A stretch of DNA of 64,000 nucleotides, taken from Polyangiaceae bacterium (GTDB lineage Bacteria > Myxococcota_A > Polyangia > Polyangiales > Polyangiaceae). The notes under the pieces were generated by a model. It ran no database searches, was not told the origin of the DNA, and saw nothing but the letters and a program-made list of their open reading frames with translations. This document shows positions 9,517 through 19,049 of the stretch, in pieces. The position numbers were made by a program, and so were the translations under genes. The first letter of the stretch is position 1. The number at the start of each line of letters is the position of its first letter. The stretch covers positions 29,521-93,520 of the forward strand of contig JBGAKG010000027.1 of NCBI GenBank assembly GCA_044224495.1, in the 5' to 3' direction.

Positions 9517-10071
9517 ATGCGCCCCCTCCACCTCTTCCGTGTCGCTCTCCTCGCCGTCACCGTCGCCTCCGTCGGCGCGGCTTGCACGTCGACCTCCTAC
9601 GAGATCAAGTCGACGGCCGACGTCGGGGTCGACTTCAAGTACCGCACGTTCTCGTTCGGGTCCGATCCCGCCAAGCTCCCGAAAGACTTCGCGCCCACGT
9701 CCATCTCGGCGACCGTCCGCTCGCGGGCCGAGAAGACGATCAACGTCGAGCTCGGGAAGCTCGGCTACTCGGTCGACGACGCGAACCCCGAGCTCGAGGT
9801 GCTGGTCGCGTCGGGTCAGCGCCCGAACAAGTTCCGCTCCGGCAAGCTCTACGACACTCAGATCATGAACGACGGCAGTCTGGTCGTGGAGGTCTGGGAC
9901 GTACGCGCGGGCGACCTGATCTGGCACGGCGTGATCGACGCGCAGATCGATCCGAACGTCGACCCGGACTGGACCAAGCTCGACGCCGCGGTGATGCGGC
10001 TGATGAAGAGCTTCCCGCCCGCCTCCGGGAGCACTTCTCCGGCGAACGTCTCGCTACTTGCGCCGCGGTAG
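9517..10071 (+). CDS. lipoprotein, DUF4136-like
   Basis: ATG in the frame of ORF 7852..10071. Signal plus lipobox VGAAC. Mature protein of about 160 aa. Confidence 0.5.
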   Translation: MRPLHLFRVALLAVTVASVGAACTSTSYEIKSTADVGVDFKYRTFSFGSDPAKLPKDFAPTSISATVRSRAEKTINVELGKLGYSVDDANPELEVLVASGQRPNKFRSGKLYDTQIMNDGSLVVEVWDVRAGDLIWHGVIDAQIDPNVDPDWTKLDAAVMRLMKSFPPASGSTSPANVSLLAPR

Positions 10072-10980
10072 GCTCGCGCGGAACTCTTCGATCGTCGAAG
10101 GCGCGTCGTGCTCGAACCGGTAGCCGGTGAGCTTCCGGAACGGCATCGAGTCGATCACGATCGGGTACTTGATGTGCGCGATCGCGCCGGTCGCGAGGCG
10201 CGGGAGCCCGAAGCGCCCGAGCGCGAGCCGGAAGATGGCCTCGGGCACGGGGATCGGCGTGTGCCCCGCCTCGCGGATGATGACGCCGAGCGGGACCGGC
10301 GGCGGTCCCGAGACGTTGTACACGCCGTGGACGCGTTGCTCCGCCGCCACCACGATCGCCTGCGCGGCGTCTTGCTCGTGCATGAAGTGGAACAGCGGAT
10401 CGAAGCCGAGCACCATCGGAACGCGCGGGCCCTTCAGGAAGCTCGCGAGTGTCCCATGGTGGGACGGCCCGAGCGTGTAACATACACGCAAGATCGCCGT
10501 CTTCAGCTTCGGGAAGCGCCAGAGCGCCGACCCCGCGTAGAGATCGGCGGCGACGAGATCGGCGAGCTCGGGGAACGTGTTGGCCCCGGTCGGGGGCTCT
10601 TCCTCGGTGTGGTAGAGCGGCGACTCGGGGCCGGCGCCGTAATAGGTGTGACGTCCGACGAAGATGACGTGCGGCACCGCATACGTGTTCGCGTGCTCGA
10701 ACACCGCCCGCGTTCCACCGAGGTTGATGCGGTAGCGATCCTCGCTCTTCTTGAGGAGGTGCGTGACGGTCGCCATGTGGATCACGGCGTCGGGGCGGAA
10801 GCTGCGGAAGACGTCCTCGGCCGCGCGCTTCCGGATGTCCACCTTGTGGACGACGATGCCGGGCGGCGGGTCCGGCCACGGGCGCGAGTCGATGCCCACC
10901 ACCTCGTGCCCGCGCTCCTGGAGCCGCTTGGCGACGATCCGAGCGAGCAGCCCACTCACGCCGGGGAGGAGGACCTTCAC
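10054..10980 (-). CDS. NAD-dependent epimerase/dehydratase family (SDR) protein
   Basis: Rossmann N-terminus [13 protein letters not shown]...GHEVVGID, plus the YxxxK region. 308 aa. Confidence 0.8.
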   Translation of the reverse strand: MKVLLPGVSGLLARIVAKRLQERGHEVVGIDSRPWPDPPPGIVVHKVDIRKRAAEDVFRSFRPDAVIHMATVTHLLKKSEDRYRINLGGTRAVFEHANTYAVPHVIFVGRHTYYGAGPESPLYHTEEEPPTGANTFPELADLVAADLYAGSALWRFPKLKTAILRVCYTLGPSHHGTLASFLKGPRVPMVLGFDPLFHFMHEQDAAQAIVVAAEQRVHGVYNVSGPPPVPLGVIIREAGHTPIPVPEAIFRLALGRFGLPRLATGAIAHIKYPIVIDSMPFRKLTGYRFEHDAPSTIEEFRASLPRRK

Positions 10981-11798
10981 GCGCCACCCCCGAGCTTGGG
11001 CAGCGTGCCGCTCCGGACGCGCTCACCGTGCTCGAGCAGCTCGGAGATGCGCGCCTTCACGGTCGCGACGTGGTGCTCGATCGTCGCGTCGTCTTCGTTG
11101 CCGGTGCCCTCGACCACGATCGGCTCGCCGTAGTGCACGGCCAGCGGGACCGGCAGCGGCACGGGAAGCAGGTACGCCGTGATCGGGACGTAGGGTGCAC
11201 CGAACAGCCGCCCGAGCGCCTTCGCGTTGAAGACGGTGGGGAACGCATCCCCGCCGCCGATGAAGGCGAACGGGATGATCGGCGACTTGGTCTGCATCGC
11301 GAGCCGGACGAAGCCGCTGCCGAAGTGTACCAAACTGGTACGTTCCCAGTAGAGCTTGGCCGTCCCGCGCGCGCCCTCCGGGAAGACCATGAGCAACCGG
11401 TCGTCGTTCAGGAAGTGGATGCAGTGCTCGGGCAGCCCCGTGAACTGGCCCACCCGCGACGACCAGAGCGCCGAGATCGGGATGCGGTTCAGGAACTTCT
11501 CGACCATGCCCTGCGCGAGGCGCGGCGGGTCCATGTCGAAGAACATCGACGCGATGACCATCGCGCCGTCGATGGCGACGCCACCGGAGTGGTTGCCGAC
11601 GAGCATCGCGCGCCCGCGCTTCGGCACGTTGGCGATGCCGTAGCTCTTCACGCGGAAGTAGTCCTTGTACATCGCGCCGAGCGCGGCGAAGAACACCTTG
11701 AGGTGCTTCTTCGAGATGCCGTACGGGTCCACGCCGTAGCGGCTCCACGGGACCTCGAGCCGGTCGATGCGATCGTCGATCTCGGAGAGGAGGGACAT
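10977..11798 (-). CDS. 1-acyl-sn-glycerol-3-phosphate acyltransferase family (PlsC-like)
   Basis: The [10 protein letters not shown] and FPEGARG motifs identify the acyltransferase. Start at MSLLSEI. The stop overlaps the downstream epimerase start by 4 bp. Contains 17-nt palindrome copy B in frame. Confidence 0.75.
   Translation of the reverse strand: MSLLSEIDDRIDRLEVPWSRYGVDPYGISKKHLKVFFAALGAMYKDYFRVKSYGIANVPKRGRAMLVGNHSGGVAIDGAMVIASMFFDMDPPRLAQGMVEKFLNRIPISALWSSRVGQFTGLPEHCIHFLNDDRLLMVFPEGARGTAKLYWERTSLVHFGSGFVRLAMQTKSPIIPFAFIGGGDAFPTVFNAKALGRLFGAPYVPITAYLLPVPLPVPLAVHYGEPIVVEGTGNEDDATIEHHVATVKARISELLEHGERVRSGTLPKLGGGA
11326..11342. repeat. 17-nt near-palindrome TGTACCAAACTGGTACG (copy B, 15/17 identity)
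   Basis: Lies inside the PlsC-like CDS and encodes ERTSLVH on the minus strand. Confidence 0.5.
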
Positions 11799-12466
11799 CA
11801 ATCGACCTTGGCGTTGCCGCTGTGACGCTTCTCGCCGGTGACCTTCGTGCCGTTGAAGCGCACGCGCGCGTTGCCCGAGGCGTCGGTCGCGACCTTGCCG
11901 TCGACGGAGCCGTTCTGGAACGTGACCTGCGCGTTGCCCGCCGCTTCGACGACGGTGTCGGCCTTGATCGTCGAGTCGATGATCTTCACGTGGCAGTTGC
12001 CGCTCGCGATGATCGCGGTGCCTTGCAGGTTCGCGTTGACGCCCTTCACCTCGAGGTCGTCGTTGCCGGCGCACTCGAGCGGCTCCTTGCCATCCCACGA
12101 CCAGCCGCCGTGGAGACCGTCGAAGCTGCCCGTCCACCAGAAGCGAAGACCGCCGACGACGAGCGCGATCATGAAGACGGCGAAGAACGGGATCATCCAC
12201 CCTGCCCCGCCGCCGCCGGTGCGGACGCGGAGCGGCGAGGAGCTACCACCGGGGGCGATGACCACGATCTGCGGAGGCGGCGCACCGTACGTCGGAGGCG
12301 GCGCGCCGTAAGGCGGCGGCGCCCCCGGATAGCCCGGAGGGAGCGCGCTCGGCGGCGGCGCGGCAGCCGCCGGCATCGCGTTGAACGATCGCTTGCAGTA
12401 AGGGCACTCGTACGTCGGTACGCCGGGCGGCGGGTTCGCCGGGGCGCCGCAATGGGGGCAATTCAT
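11798..12466 (-). CDS. zinc-ribbon / Pro-rich / single-TM protein with beta-helix-like C-terminal repeats
   Basis: CPHCGAP and CPYCKR zinc ribbon, a PPPYGAPPP linker, a TM helix, and repetitive G-x-A-x-V-x C-terminus. Divergent from the vWA gene. Confidence 0.55.
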   Translation of the reverse strand: MNCPHCGAPANPPPGVPTYECPYCKRSFNAMPAAAAPPPSALPPGYPGAPPPYGAPPPTYGAPPPQIVVIAPGGSSSPLRVRTGGGGAGWMIPFFAVFMIALVVGGLRFWWTGSFDGLHGGWSWDGKEPLECAGNDDLEVKGVNANLQGTAIIASGNCHVKIIDSTIKADTVVEAAGNAQVTFQNGSVDGKVATDASGNARVRFNGTKVTGEKRHSGNAKVD

Positions 12467-12528
12467 GGGCCGCTCCGAAAGTACCGCCGGCGGAGAACTT
12501 TTGTAAGCTGGAGGCGTCTACAGCGGAC

Positions 12529-14028
12529 ATGCGACGCCCCTCGCTCCTCCTCGTCACGAGCTGCCTGGCCCTGGTTTCTGCCTGCTCGCGCCACGAATCG
12601 GCCGGGTCGGCCACGAAGAGCAACTTCGAGCCGGGCGGCCCGGCCGAGGTCGCCGCCACCCAGGGCGCAGCAGCCTCCGCCGCAGCCACCGCCACCGCGG
12701 CGCCGGCGAAGGACGAAGAGAGCGACGGGCTCTCCGGCCACGGCGAAGCCAAGATGGGCGCGATGGCCCCCGCGGCCACGGCGACCACGATGGCGACGGG
12801 TCGCGCGGTCGGGCGGGCGGCACGTCCGGTCACGGCCGAGGATCGCGCGCGCGGCGACGAAGGCGTGCTGGGTGGTGGCGGCGCGACCGGCGCGCCGTGG
12901 GCCGCTGCGGCGTCGATCAAGGCGGGCGAGTGGGACGACAACGCCAACTACCGCGAGTTCCAGAAGTACCTCGGGTCGATCCCGGGCACGGTGCACAAGG
13001 TCGACGTGCGGTCGCGGCGCTTCCTCGTCGTGCGCGACGTCGATGGCAAAGGCGTGCCGCGCTGTCCGGTCACCGTTCGGGACGAGGCGCAGCACGAGGT
13101 CTCGTTCGTCACCACCGCCGCAGGCCGCGCGATCTTGTTTCCCTACGCCGAGGGCCTGACGGGGAAGAACTTCACCGCGACGGCGACCTGCACCGAGGAC
13201 AAGACCGAGACGAAGTTCTCGCTCAACGACGACGGCGACGGCACCGTCGATCTCAAGCTCGGCAAGGCGCGCGCGCTCGGTGCGCAGAAGCACGTCGATC
13301 TCGCGTTCATCCTCGACACCACCGGTTCGATGAGCGAGGAGATCGCGAGCGTGAAGACGACGATCCAGAAGGTCGCCGACGCGCTCAAGGGGAGCCAAGT
13401 CGCGATCCGAATCGGCCTCGTCGAGTACAAGGACCGCAGCGATCAGTTCGACACGAAGGTCTATCCGCTCTCGTCCGATCTCGTCGCGTTCGCGAAGAAG
13501 GTCTCGTCGATCGAGGCGGGCGGCGGCGGCGACACGCCGGAGGACATGAACGCCGGCCTGCACGTCGCGCTCACCCAGCTCGATTGGAGCAAGGACGCCG
13601 TCGCGCGGCTCGCGTTCGTCATCGGCGACGCGCCCCCGCACCTCGACTACCAGGACGGCCCCGACTACGCGGCCGACATGAAGCTCGCCTCGCACCGCGG
13701 CATCCAGCTCTTCGGCATCGCCGCGTCGGGCATGGACTCCACCGGCCAAGCGGTGTTCCGCCAGATGGCGCAGTTCACCGGCGGCACGGAGATGTTCGTC
13801 CTCCGCGGCGGCGCGGGCCCGCAATCGACCGGCGGCGGCGACCCGGTCTCGAGCTGCGGTGGCACGCAGCAGCAGTACTCGAGCGGGAAGCTCGACGAGC
13901 TCATCACCTCGAAGGTGAAGAAGGAGCTCGCGCTGCTCGACTACGACCCGATGAAGATCCCCGGCCTGCGCACGGACGAGAGCGCGAAGACGTGCGACCA
14001 GCGCGTCGTGATCAACTGGGAACGCTGA
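12529..14028 (+). CDS. von Willebrand factor A domain lipoprotein
   Basis: Lipobox LVSAC. The vWA MIDAS motif DLAFILDTTGSMS is followed later by GDTPED and VIGDAPPH. Confidence 0.75.
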   Translation: MRRPSLLLVTSCLALVSACSRHESAGSATKSNFEPGGPAEVAATQGAAASAAATATAAPAKDEESDGLSGHGEAKMGAMAPAATATTMATGRAVGRAARPVTAEDRARGDEGVLGGGGATGAPWAAAASIKAGEWDDNANYREFQKYLGSIPGTVHKVDVRSRRFLVVRDVDGKGVPRCPVTVRDEAQHEVSFVTTAAGRAILFPYAEGLTGKNFTATATCTEDKTETKFSLNDDGDGTVDLKLGKARALGAQKHVDLAFILDTTGSMSEEIASVKTTIQKVADALKGSQVAIRIGLVEYKDRSDQFDTKVYPLSSDLVAFAKKVSSIEAGGGGDTPEDMNAGLHVALTQLDWSKDAVARLAFVIGDAPPHLDYQDGPDYAADMKLASHRGIQLFGIAASGMDSTGQAVFRQMAQFTGGTEMFVLRGGAGPQSTGGGDPVSSCGGTQQQYSSGKLDELITSKVKKELALLDYDPMKIPGLRTDESAKTCDQRVVINWER

Positions 14029-14032
14029 AGCG

Positions 14033-15085
14033 TCAGATCTTCCCCGCCTTGATCATCTGCCAGAAGTAACGCTCGACGATGTGGTCGTGCATCAAGATGA
14101 CCTTGAGCACGTAGACCGGCGGATCGAGCTCGTCGATCTTCGGGAGCTCACCGCTCGGCTCGAAGTTGCCGAGCGCGTCCTCGTTGGTCGCGTGGAGCCA
14201 CTCGCGCGCCTTCGAGCGGAGCGCCTCGCTCTGGGGCATCGCCCCGCCTTTGCGCGAGTAGAGGAGCCCGAAGCGGCGCGGGTGGGCGTTCGTCGGATCG
14301 AAGCGCTTCGGGTCCGCGCTGAGGAAGCGCGCGATCGCCGAGTGCTCGGGGTAGAGGTAGAACGCGTCGAGCAGGTAGAGCTCGGTCGGCTCGATGCCGC
14401 CGTGATCCAGGATTGGCTCGAGCGCCTGGTACCCGCCGGACGACGCCATGAGCGCGAGACGGTCGATGTCCTCCACGCGGTGCCGACCGATCGTGGGACC
14501 GAGCGCAGCGAGGAGCTCGCCGAGGAACGCGCGGAACTCGCCCGGCTCGCCGAGGTGGCCGGGATCGCTGCTCGCGGCTTGGGCGTACGCGATCTCGGGG
14601 ACGACGAGGATCGCGCCCGTGCCGGCGCGCTCCATCTGGACCGGCAAGTCGTAGCCGGTGCGCGTGTCACCCCCGCCGGGGATGCAGGGGAGCCCGTGGG
14701 GGCTCACGTAGCTGTCGATGCAGTTCTTGAACCCGTGGAAGATGACGATGAGGTGGAGGGGCGCCTTCGGATCGTACGCGCGCGGCACGTAGACCCACGC
14801 GTTGGGCTTCCCGAACGGTGCATCGAAGCCGTGCTCGAGGCGGAACGTCAGCGTGGCCGAAGGGTGCGTGCCCGGGCCGGCGTCGCCGATCGCCGCCGCG
14901 CGGACGTGCGCGGGCTCGCGGGGCGGGGCGGGCTCGGACGTGAACGCCGGCGCGGCCCAGTGGGTGATCGGCTCGGGGTCCGGCGGCGGCGCATCGTGCG
15001 CGAGGCCGGCGCGCAGCACCTCCACCACGACGAACGTCCACGCGAACGCGTGAAGGACGAACCATCGCGGCACACGCAAAGGCAT
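14033..15085 (-). CDS. secreted alpha/beta-hydrolase-like hypothetical protein
   Basis: N-terminal signal/TM. IVIFHGF and LALMASSGGY resemble the nucleophile-elbow context of an esterase. Confidence 0.5.
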   Translation of the reverse strand: MPLRVPRWFVLHAFAWTFVVVEVLRAGLAHDAPPPDPEPITHWAAPAFTSEPAPPREPAHVRAAAIGDAGPGTHPSATLTFRLEHGFDAPFGKPNAWVYVPRAYDPKAPLHLIVIFHGFKNCIDSYVSPHGLPCIPGGGDTRTGYDLPVQMERAGTGAILVVPEIAYAQAASSDPGHLGEPGEFRAFLGELLAALGPTIGRHRVEDIDRLALMASSGGYQALEPILDHGGIEPTELYLLDAFYLYPEHSAIARFLSADPKRFDPTNAHPRRFGLLYSRKGGAMPQSEALRSKAREWLHATNEDALGNFEPSGELPKIDELDPPVYVLKVILMHDHIVERYFWQMIKAGKI

Positions 15086-15133
15086 GGAAGCTTGCAGATA
15101 TCACGGATGGCGACACGATCGAAAATCCGTGAA

Positions 15134-15685
15134 ATGCTCGGGCCGGAAATGAACTCTCGCCGAGCAATCACCACTGCTTCGATGTTCACCTCCGGCCTCG
15201 CTTTCGTCGCGACGACCTTCGTCGCCGCGAGCGCCTTCGCCGCGCCGCCCGAGGACTGTCCCCCCGGCAGCGTGGGGAAGGAAGAGGGCGCGTTCCAGTG
15301 GTGCGAGCCCACGGTCTGCCTGACCGATGCGGACTGTCTCGGCGGCAAGCAGGTCTGCCGGCCGATGCCGCTGTGCGTGGAGATCGGCAACGTGGCCGAT
15401 GGCGCCACGGGGAAGCGGCTCGTCGTCCACAACAAGTGCGCGGCGAACAAGGAGTGCCCGGCGCAGACGACGTGCCTGGAAGGCAACCGCTGCATGGACA
15501 AGGAAGCCGCGGACCGGATGGGGATCTTGGTGGCCGACGCAGGTGCGCCGCCGGAGCCGCCCAAGAAGTCGATCTGCGGGTGCTCGGTGCCGGGTGTCGC
15601 GACGAGCGATCTCGCGTGGCTCGGACCGGTCGCGCTGGCGGGGGTCGCGCTCCTGCGCCGGCGACGGTCGAACGCTCGCGGCTGA
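15134..15685 (+). CDS. MYXO-CTERM domain-containing secreted Cys-rich protein
   Basis: Signal peptide. The C-terminal CGCSVPG...LAWLGPVALAGVALLRRRRS is the MYXO-CTERM sorting tail (Cys motif, TM helix, Arg cluster). Confidence 0.7.
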   Translation: MLGPEMNSRRAITTASMFTSGLAFVATTFVAASAFAAPPEDCPPGSVGKEEGAFQWCEPTVCLTDADCLGGKQVCRPMPLCVEIGNVADGATGKRLVVHNKCAANKECPAQTTCLEGNRCMDKEAADRMGILVADAGAPPEPPKKSICGCSVPGVATSDLAWLGPVALAGVALLRRRRSNARG

Positions 15686-15712
15686 CCGCGAGCCAACGCT
15701 CGCGTCCCTACG

Positions 15713-15861
15713 TCGATTCTTCACGTGCCCGTGCCCGTGCCCGTGCCCGTGCCCGACCGCGGGCACACGAGACGAAACGTCGGGATCGCTCGGCGCTGGA
15801 TTCCCAGAGTGACGAGCTGCCAGCATCGTCGTTCGGGCACGGGCACGGGCACGGGCACGGG
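15713..15861. repeat. hexamer-TIR hairpin element, copy 1: (GTGCCC)5 ... (GGGCAC)4 around an 80-nt core
   Basis: A perfect inverted stem of at least 27 bp, made of GTGCCC hexamers, flanks a core that contains GAGCTGCCAGC. Intergenic, between two plus-strand genes. Confidence 0.7.
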
Positions 15862-15928
15862 CACGTGATCGCGGTCGAGGACTGAGAGTGTAAGACGCCG
15901 CTCGGGTCGCGCGTATTAGCATCGACCC

Positions 15929-16897
15929 ATGACGTTCTCCCGCTCCCGCGTTCCCCTCCTCGTCCTCGCGCACCTCGGTCTCGTCCCGTTCGTCGCCTGC
16001 AAGGAGGACGACACTCGCGTCGTCGCACCGATCGGGAGCGCCTCCGCCACCGAGTCGGCGACCGCACCCGGCTCCGCGACCGCGACCGCGCCCGGCTCCG
16101 CGACCGCGAGCGCCACGGCGACTGCGACCGCGACGGCCACCGCGACGACGAGCGCCGCGCTGAAGCCCGGCGAGTGCCGCGAGGATCGCGACTGCCCGCC
16201 GTACGCCGAGTGCTCCACCGCGAAGGCCTACCCGCCCGGTTCCCTCGGGCACTGCGTCGAGCGCGAGCACTACAACCTCGGGCGCCCGCTCGTCGTCGCC
16301 GGGCAGGCTCACGTCGCGCCGTACGCGCGCCCGCTCGCCATCACGTCGGCGGAAGCCGCTGCGCTCGCGCGCGCGGCCCGCGAAGAGCACGCCAGCATCG
16401 CCGCCTTCGCGCGCACGATCAGCGAGCTCATGGCGCTCGGCGCACCGACCTGGCTCCTCTTCGAGACGCAGAGCGCCCTCGCCGACGAGATCCGGCACAC
16501 CGAGCTCACGCTCGACGCGCTCGCGCGACTGACCGGCGAGCCGCTGGTCCTCGGCCGACTCCCCGCCGCAGCGGCGCCTCTCCGCGGAGGCCCTGCTGCG
16601 GCGGAGGAGCTCTTCCGCGACGTCTTCCGCGGCGGTGCCGTCGGCGAGACGATCGCCGCCGCGAGCGCGGAGCAAGCGCGCGACGCTGCAACCAACGACG
16701 AGCTCCGCGCGCTCTACGACACGATCTGCCGCGACGAGGCCAAGCACGCAGCGCTCGCGTTCAAGACGCTGCGCTGGTTGCTCGGCGAACAGCCGGAGCT
16801 CGCGAGCGTGCTCGGCGAAGAGAAGGAGCGTCTCGCACGCGAGGGCACGCTCGAAGAGCGGCTCCTGGTCGCTCCGTTGCTCGACGTCCTCGGTTGA
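15929..16897 (+). CDS. ferritin-like domain lipoprotein
   Basis: Lipobox FVAC. An (Ala-Thr)n linker encoded by GCGACC repeats. The C-terminal region EEHASIAAFARTISELMALGAP...EIRHTEL is ferritin-like. Confidence 0.6.
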   Translation: MTFSRSRVPLLVLAHLGLVPFVACKEDDTRVVAPIGSASATESATAPGSATATAPGSATASATATATATATATTSAALKPGECREDRDCPPYAECSTAKAYPPGSLGHCVEREHYNLGRPLVVAGQAHVAPYARPLAITSAEAAALARAAREEHASIAAFARTISELMALGAPTWLLFETQSALADEIRHTELTLDALARLTGEPLVLGRLPAAAAPLRGGPAAAEELFRDVFRGGAVGETIAAASAEQARDAATNDELRALYDTICRDEAKHAALAFKTLRWLLGEQPELASVLGEEKERLAREGTLEERLLVAPLLDVLG

Positions 16898-16999
16898 ACG
16901 CGGCTTGCACCAGCCGCGCAAGGCGTGCACGAGGGTCCGACCCTGGAGCACCAAAACACCGCGCGGCGCGGGGCACGTCGATTGCTTCGGTCGCCCGTC

Positions 17000-17308
17000 A
17001 TGAAGAAGACTCCGCTCCTCGTGGTGCTCGTCGGGCTCGCGCTGGTGCTGGTGAGCTGCGCGGCCGGCGTCAACGACCGCGTCGGCACGGCCAACGCGGA
17101 GGGTCACGTCGCGGGCTTCTGGTTGGGCCTGTGGCACGGCATGATTTGCCCGATCACGTTCATCGTCTCGCTCTTCACGGACGGCGTGCAGGTCTACGAG
17201 GTCCACAACAACGGTGGCTGGTACAACTTCGGCTTCGTGTTCGGGATCCTCGCGTTTCACGGGGGCGGGCACGCCGCGCGGGGACGGCGCCGCAAGCGGA
17301 AGCTCTGA
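17000..17308 (+). CDS. small lipoprotein/membrane protein, hypothetical
   Basis: MKKTPLLVVLVGLALVLVSCAAG lipobox, two hydrophobic segments and an Arg/Lys tail. 102 aa. Confidence 0.5.
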   Translation: MKKTPLLVVLVGLALVLVSCAAGVNDRVGTANAEGHVAGFWLGLWHGMICPITFIVSLFTDGVQVYEVHNNGGWYNFGFVFGILAFHGGGHAARGRRRKRKL

Positions 17309-17311
17309 GCC

Positions 17312-18382
17312 TCACTCTCTCGCCTCGGCGATCGTTCGCGGCGTCGCCAGCGTGGGATCGAGGGAGAGTCGCTCGAGGATCCTTTCGTCGTAGGCGCGGT
17401 AGACCAGCCGCGCGGTGACTCGACCCGCCGTCGGAAAGGCGAACGTCCGGGCGCTCGCGGCGTCGAGCGCGCGCGACTCGTGCCCGTCCGCAGCGATGGG
17501 ATCGAGCGTCTCCGCGCCCCCGAGCAGCATTCGATCGCCGAGCTCCCAGCTCGCGCTCGTCCCGTCGTCCGCGCTCGCCTCCAGGGTGAGTCGGCGCAGG
17601 AAGCGCGCCCCGGCCGGGAGCGCGTGGCCCGGGTTCTGGTTCTTCACCGTCACCACGACGTTCGCGCCGTCGCGCTCGAGCGACAGCGTCGCCGCACGAT
17701 CGAACAGCCCGCCCTCCAAGGCGGGGAACGCGTGATCGCCGATCGGGCGGTCCTCGACGCCGCTCGCGATCGCACCGCGCGCGAAGCCCGATGCAGGATC
17801 GCCGGGCGTCTTCGCCATGTGACACTGCGCACAGGTCGTGCCCTGCGCGTGCGCCGGAGAGCTCGACCACTCCGTGTAAGGCGTCTCCACGAACGCGCCA
17901 CCACCGGCGACCTCGTGGCACGTCCCGCACAGCTCCGCGCTCGTCGTGAACGGCTCGCGCCGCGTGGCGTGTCCCGCGGCGCGACCGGTGGCGCCGGTCG
18001 GCCCCTGCACCGTGTCGGCGTCGCCTTGGATGAAGCGCGCGTTCGCGGTCCCTTGGTTGCCGACCACTCCGTGACACGCGAGGCACCCGACCCCGCCTTC
18101 GCCGTGCTCGTGCCGCGGCGAGTGACAGCGGTCGCAGAAGGTACGCGTCGTGTCGCCCGCCGCCTCGCGCAGCGCGCGGAACACCGGCGAGTCGGCGGCG
18201 CGCGCGTGCGCGGAGAGCTCGTGCCGCTGGGCGATGCTCGCGTGACAGGCGTTGCAGGTCCCCGGATCGAGCGTCGTCGTGCTCGCGCACCCGGCCACGC
18301 TCGCACCCACGACGACGCCGGGTCCCCGTCCGCCGAGCACCGCCGCGAGCGCGACGGCGGCAACCGCGATCCCTCGGCGCAC
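17312..18382 (-). CDS. multiheme c-type cytochrome
   Basis: Five CxxCH haem-binding motifs (CNACH, CDRCH, CLACH, CGTCH, CAQCH) and a signal peptide. Confidence 0.8.
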   Translation of the reverse strand: MRRGIAVAAVALAAVLGGRGPGVVVGASVAGCASTTTLDPGTCNACHASIAQRHELSAHARAADSPVFRALREAAGDTTRTFCDRCHSPRHEHGEGGVGCLACHGVVGNQGTANARFIQGDADTVQGPTGATGRAAGHATRREPFTTSAELCGTCHEVAGGGAFVETPYTEWSSSPAHAQGTTCAQCHMAKTPGDPASGFARGAIASGVEDRPIGDHAFPALEGGLFDRAATLSLERDGANVVVTVKNQNPGHALPAGARFLRRLTLEASADDGTSASWELGDRMLLGGAETLDPIAADGHESRALDAASARTFAFPTAGRVTARLVYRAYDERILERLSLDPTLATPRTIAEARE

Positions 18383-18383
18383 G

Positions 18384-19019
18384 TCAGAACCAGTAGCTGA
18401 GGCCGAGGTTCGCCTGCCCCATCGGCATCACCTTCAGATCGTTCTCGACGAACGCCGTCCGATCGTAGGCGCGCATCTGGTGGCCGAGGTACGGCACCGC
18501 CTCGACGTTGAGCGCGAGCGAGAACCCCGCGCCGAGCGCGACCTCGGCTCCGATGCCGGCGTGGAGGCCGAAGCGCACGTCGCTCACGCCGGGCACGTCG
18601 TGGTGCGGCGAGAGCATCGCCCACATCGCGCACGCTCCGAGCATCGGATAGAGCACGAAGCGCTCCGTCGAGACGAGCATGTACTGGAGCGTGGTGCCGA
18701 CCTCGTGATCGTGGCGCATCGCTCCGTCCGCCGACCCGACGAAGTTGTCGAAGAACAGATCGACGCGCAGCCGCTCGAACGGACGCAGGCGCACCTGACC
18801 GCCGACGCCGCCGAAGACGTAACCCTCGCCGATCCGAACCGGCGCGCGGAACGTGAGCGCGAAGGGGTGGCGCGCGCCCCAGGCCAAAGGACGCGCGGGG
18901 GACTCGGCCCCTTCGACCGCCGCTCGAGCCGGGGAGGCGAGCGCGAGTTGGGCGGCGAGCGCCAGGATGGTCATCGGAGCCAAGAGAGCGGAGAAAGACA
19001 GCCGGGAGGTACGCAGCAT
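18384..19019 (-). CDS. outer-membrane beta-barrel protein (OmpA-like N-terminal barrel / OmpW-like)
   Basis: Internal Met MLRTSRLS. Signal peptide. Alternating amphipathic strands. The C-terminus ends in the aromatic LSYWF. Confidence 0.6.
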   Translation of the reverse strand: MLRTSRLSFSALLAPMTILALAAQLALASPARAAVEGAESPARPLAWGARHPFALTFRAPVRIGEGYVFGGVGGQVRLRPFERLRVDLFFDNFVGSADGAMRHDHEVGTTLQYMLVSTERFVLYPMLGACAMWAMLSPHHDVPGVSDVRFGLHAGIGAEVALGAGFSLALNVEAVPYLGHQMRAYDRTAFVENDLKVMPMGQANLGLSYWF

Positions 19020-19049
19020 GTCCGTGGGTGGCTGCGGCCCGGCGGCTTT

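Noticed and set aside
15721-15753. Hexamer arrays as a CRISPR array
   Set aside because: The repeat unit is 6 bp with no spacers. It is organised as inverted terminal arms around a core. There are no cas genes. This is not CRISPR architecture.
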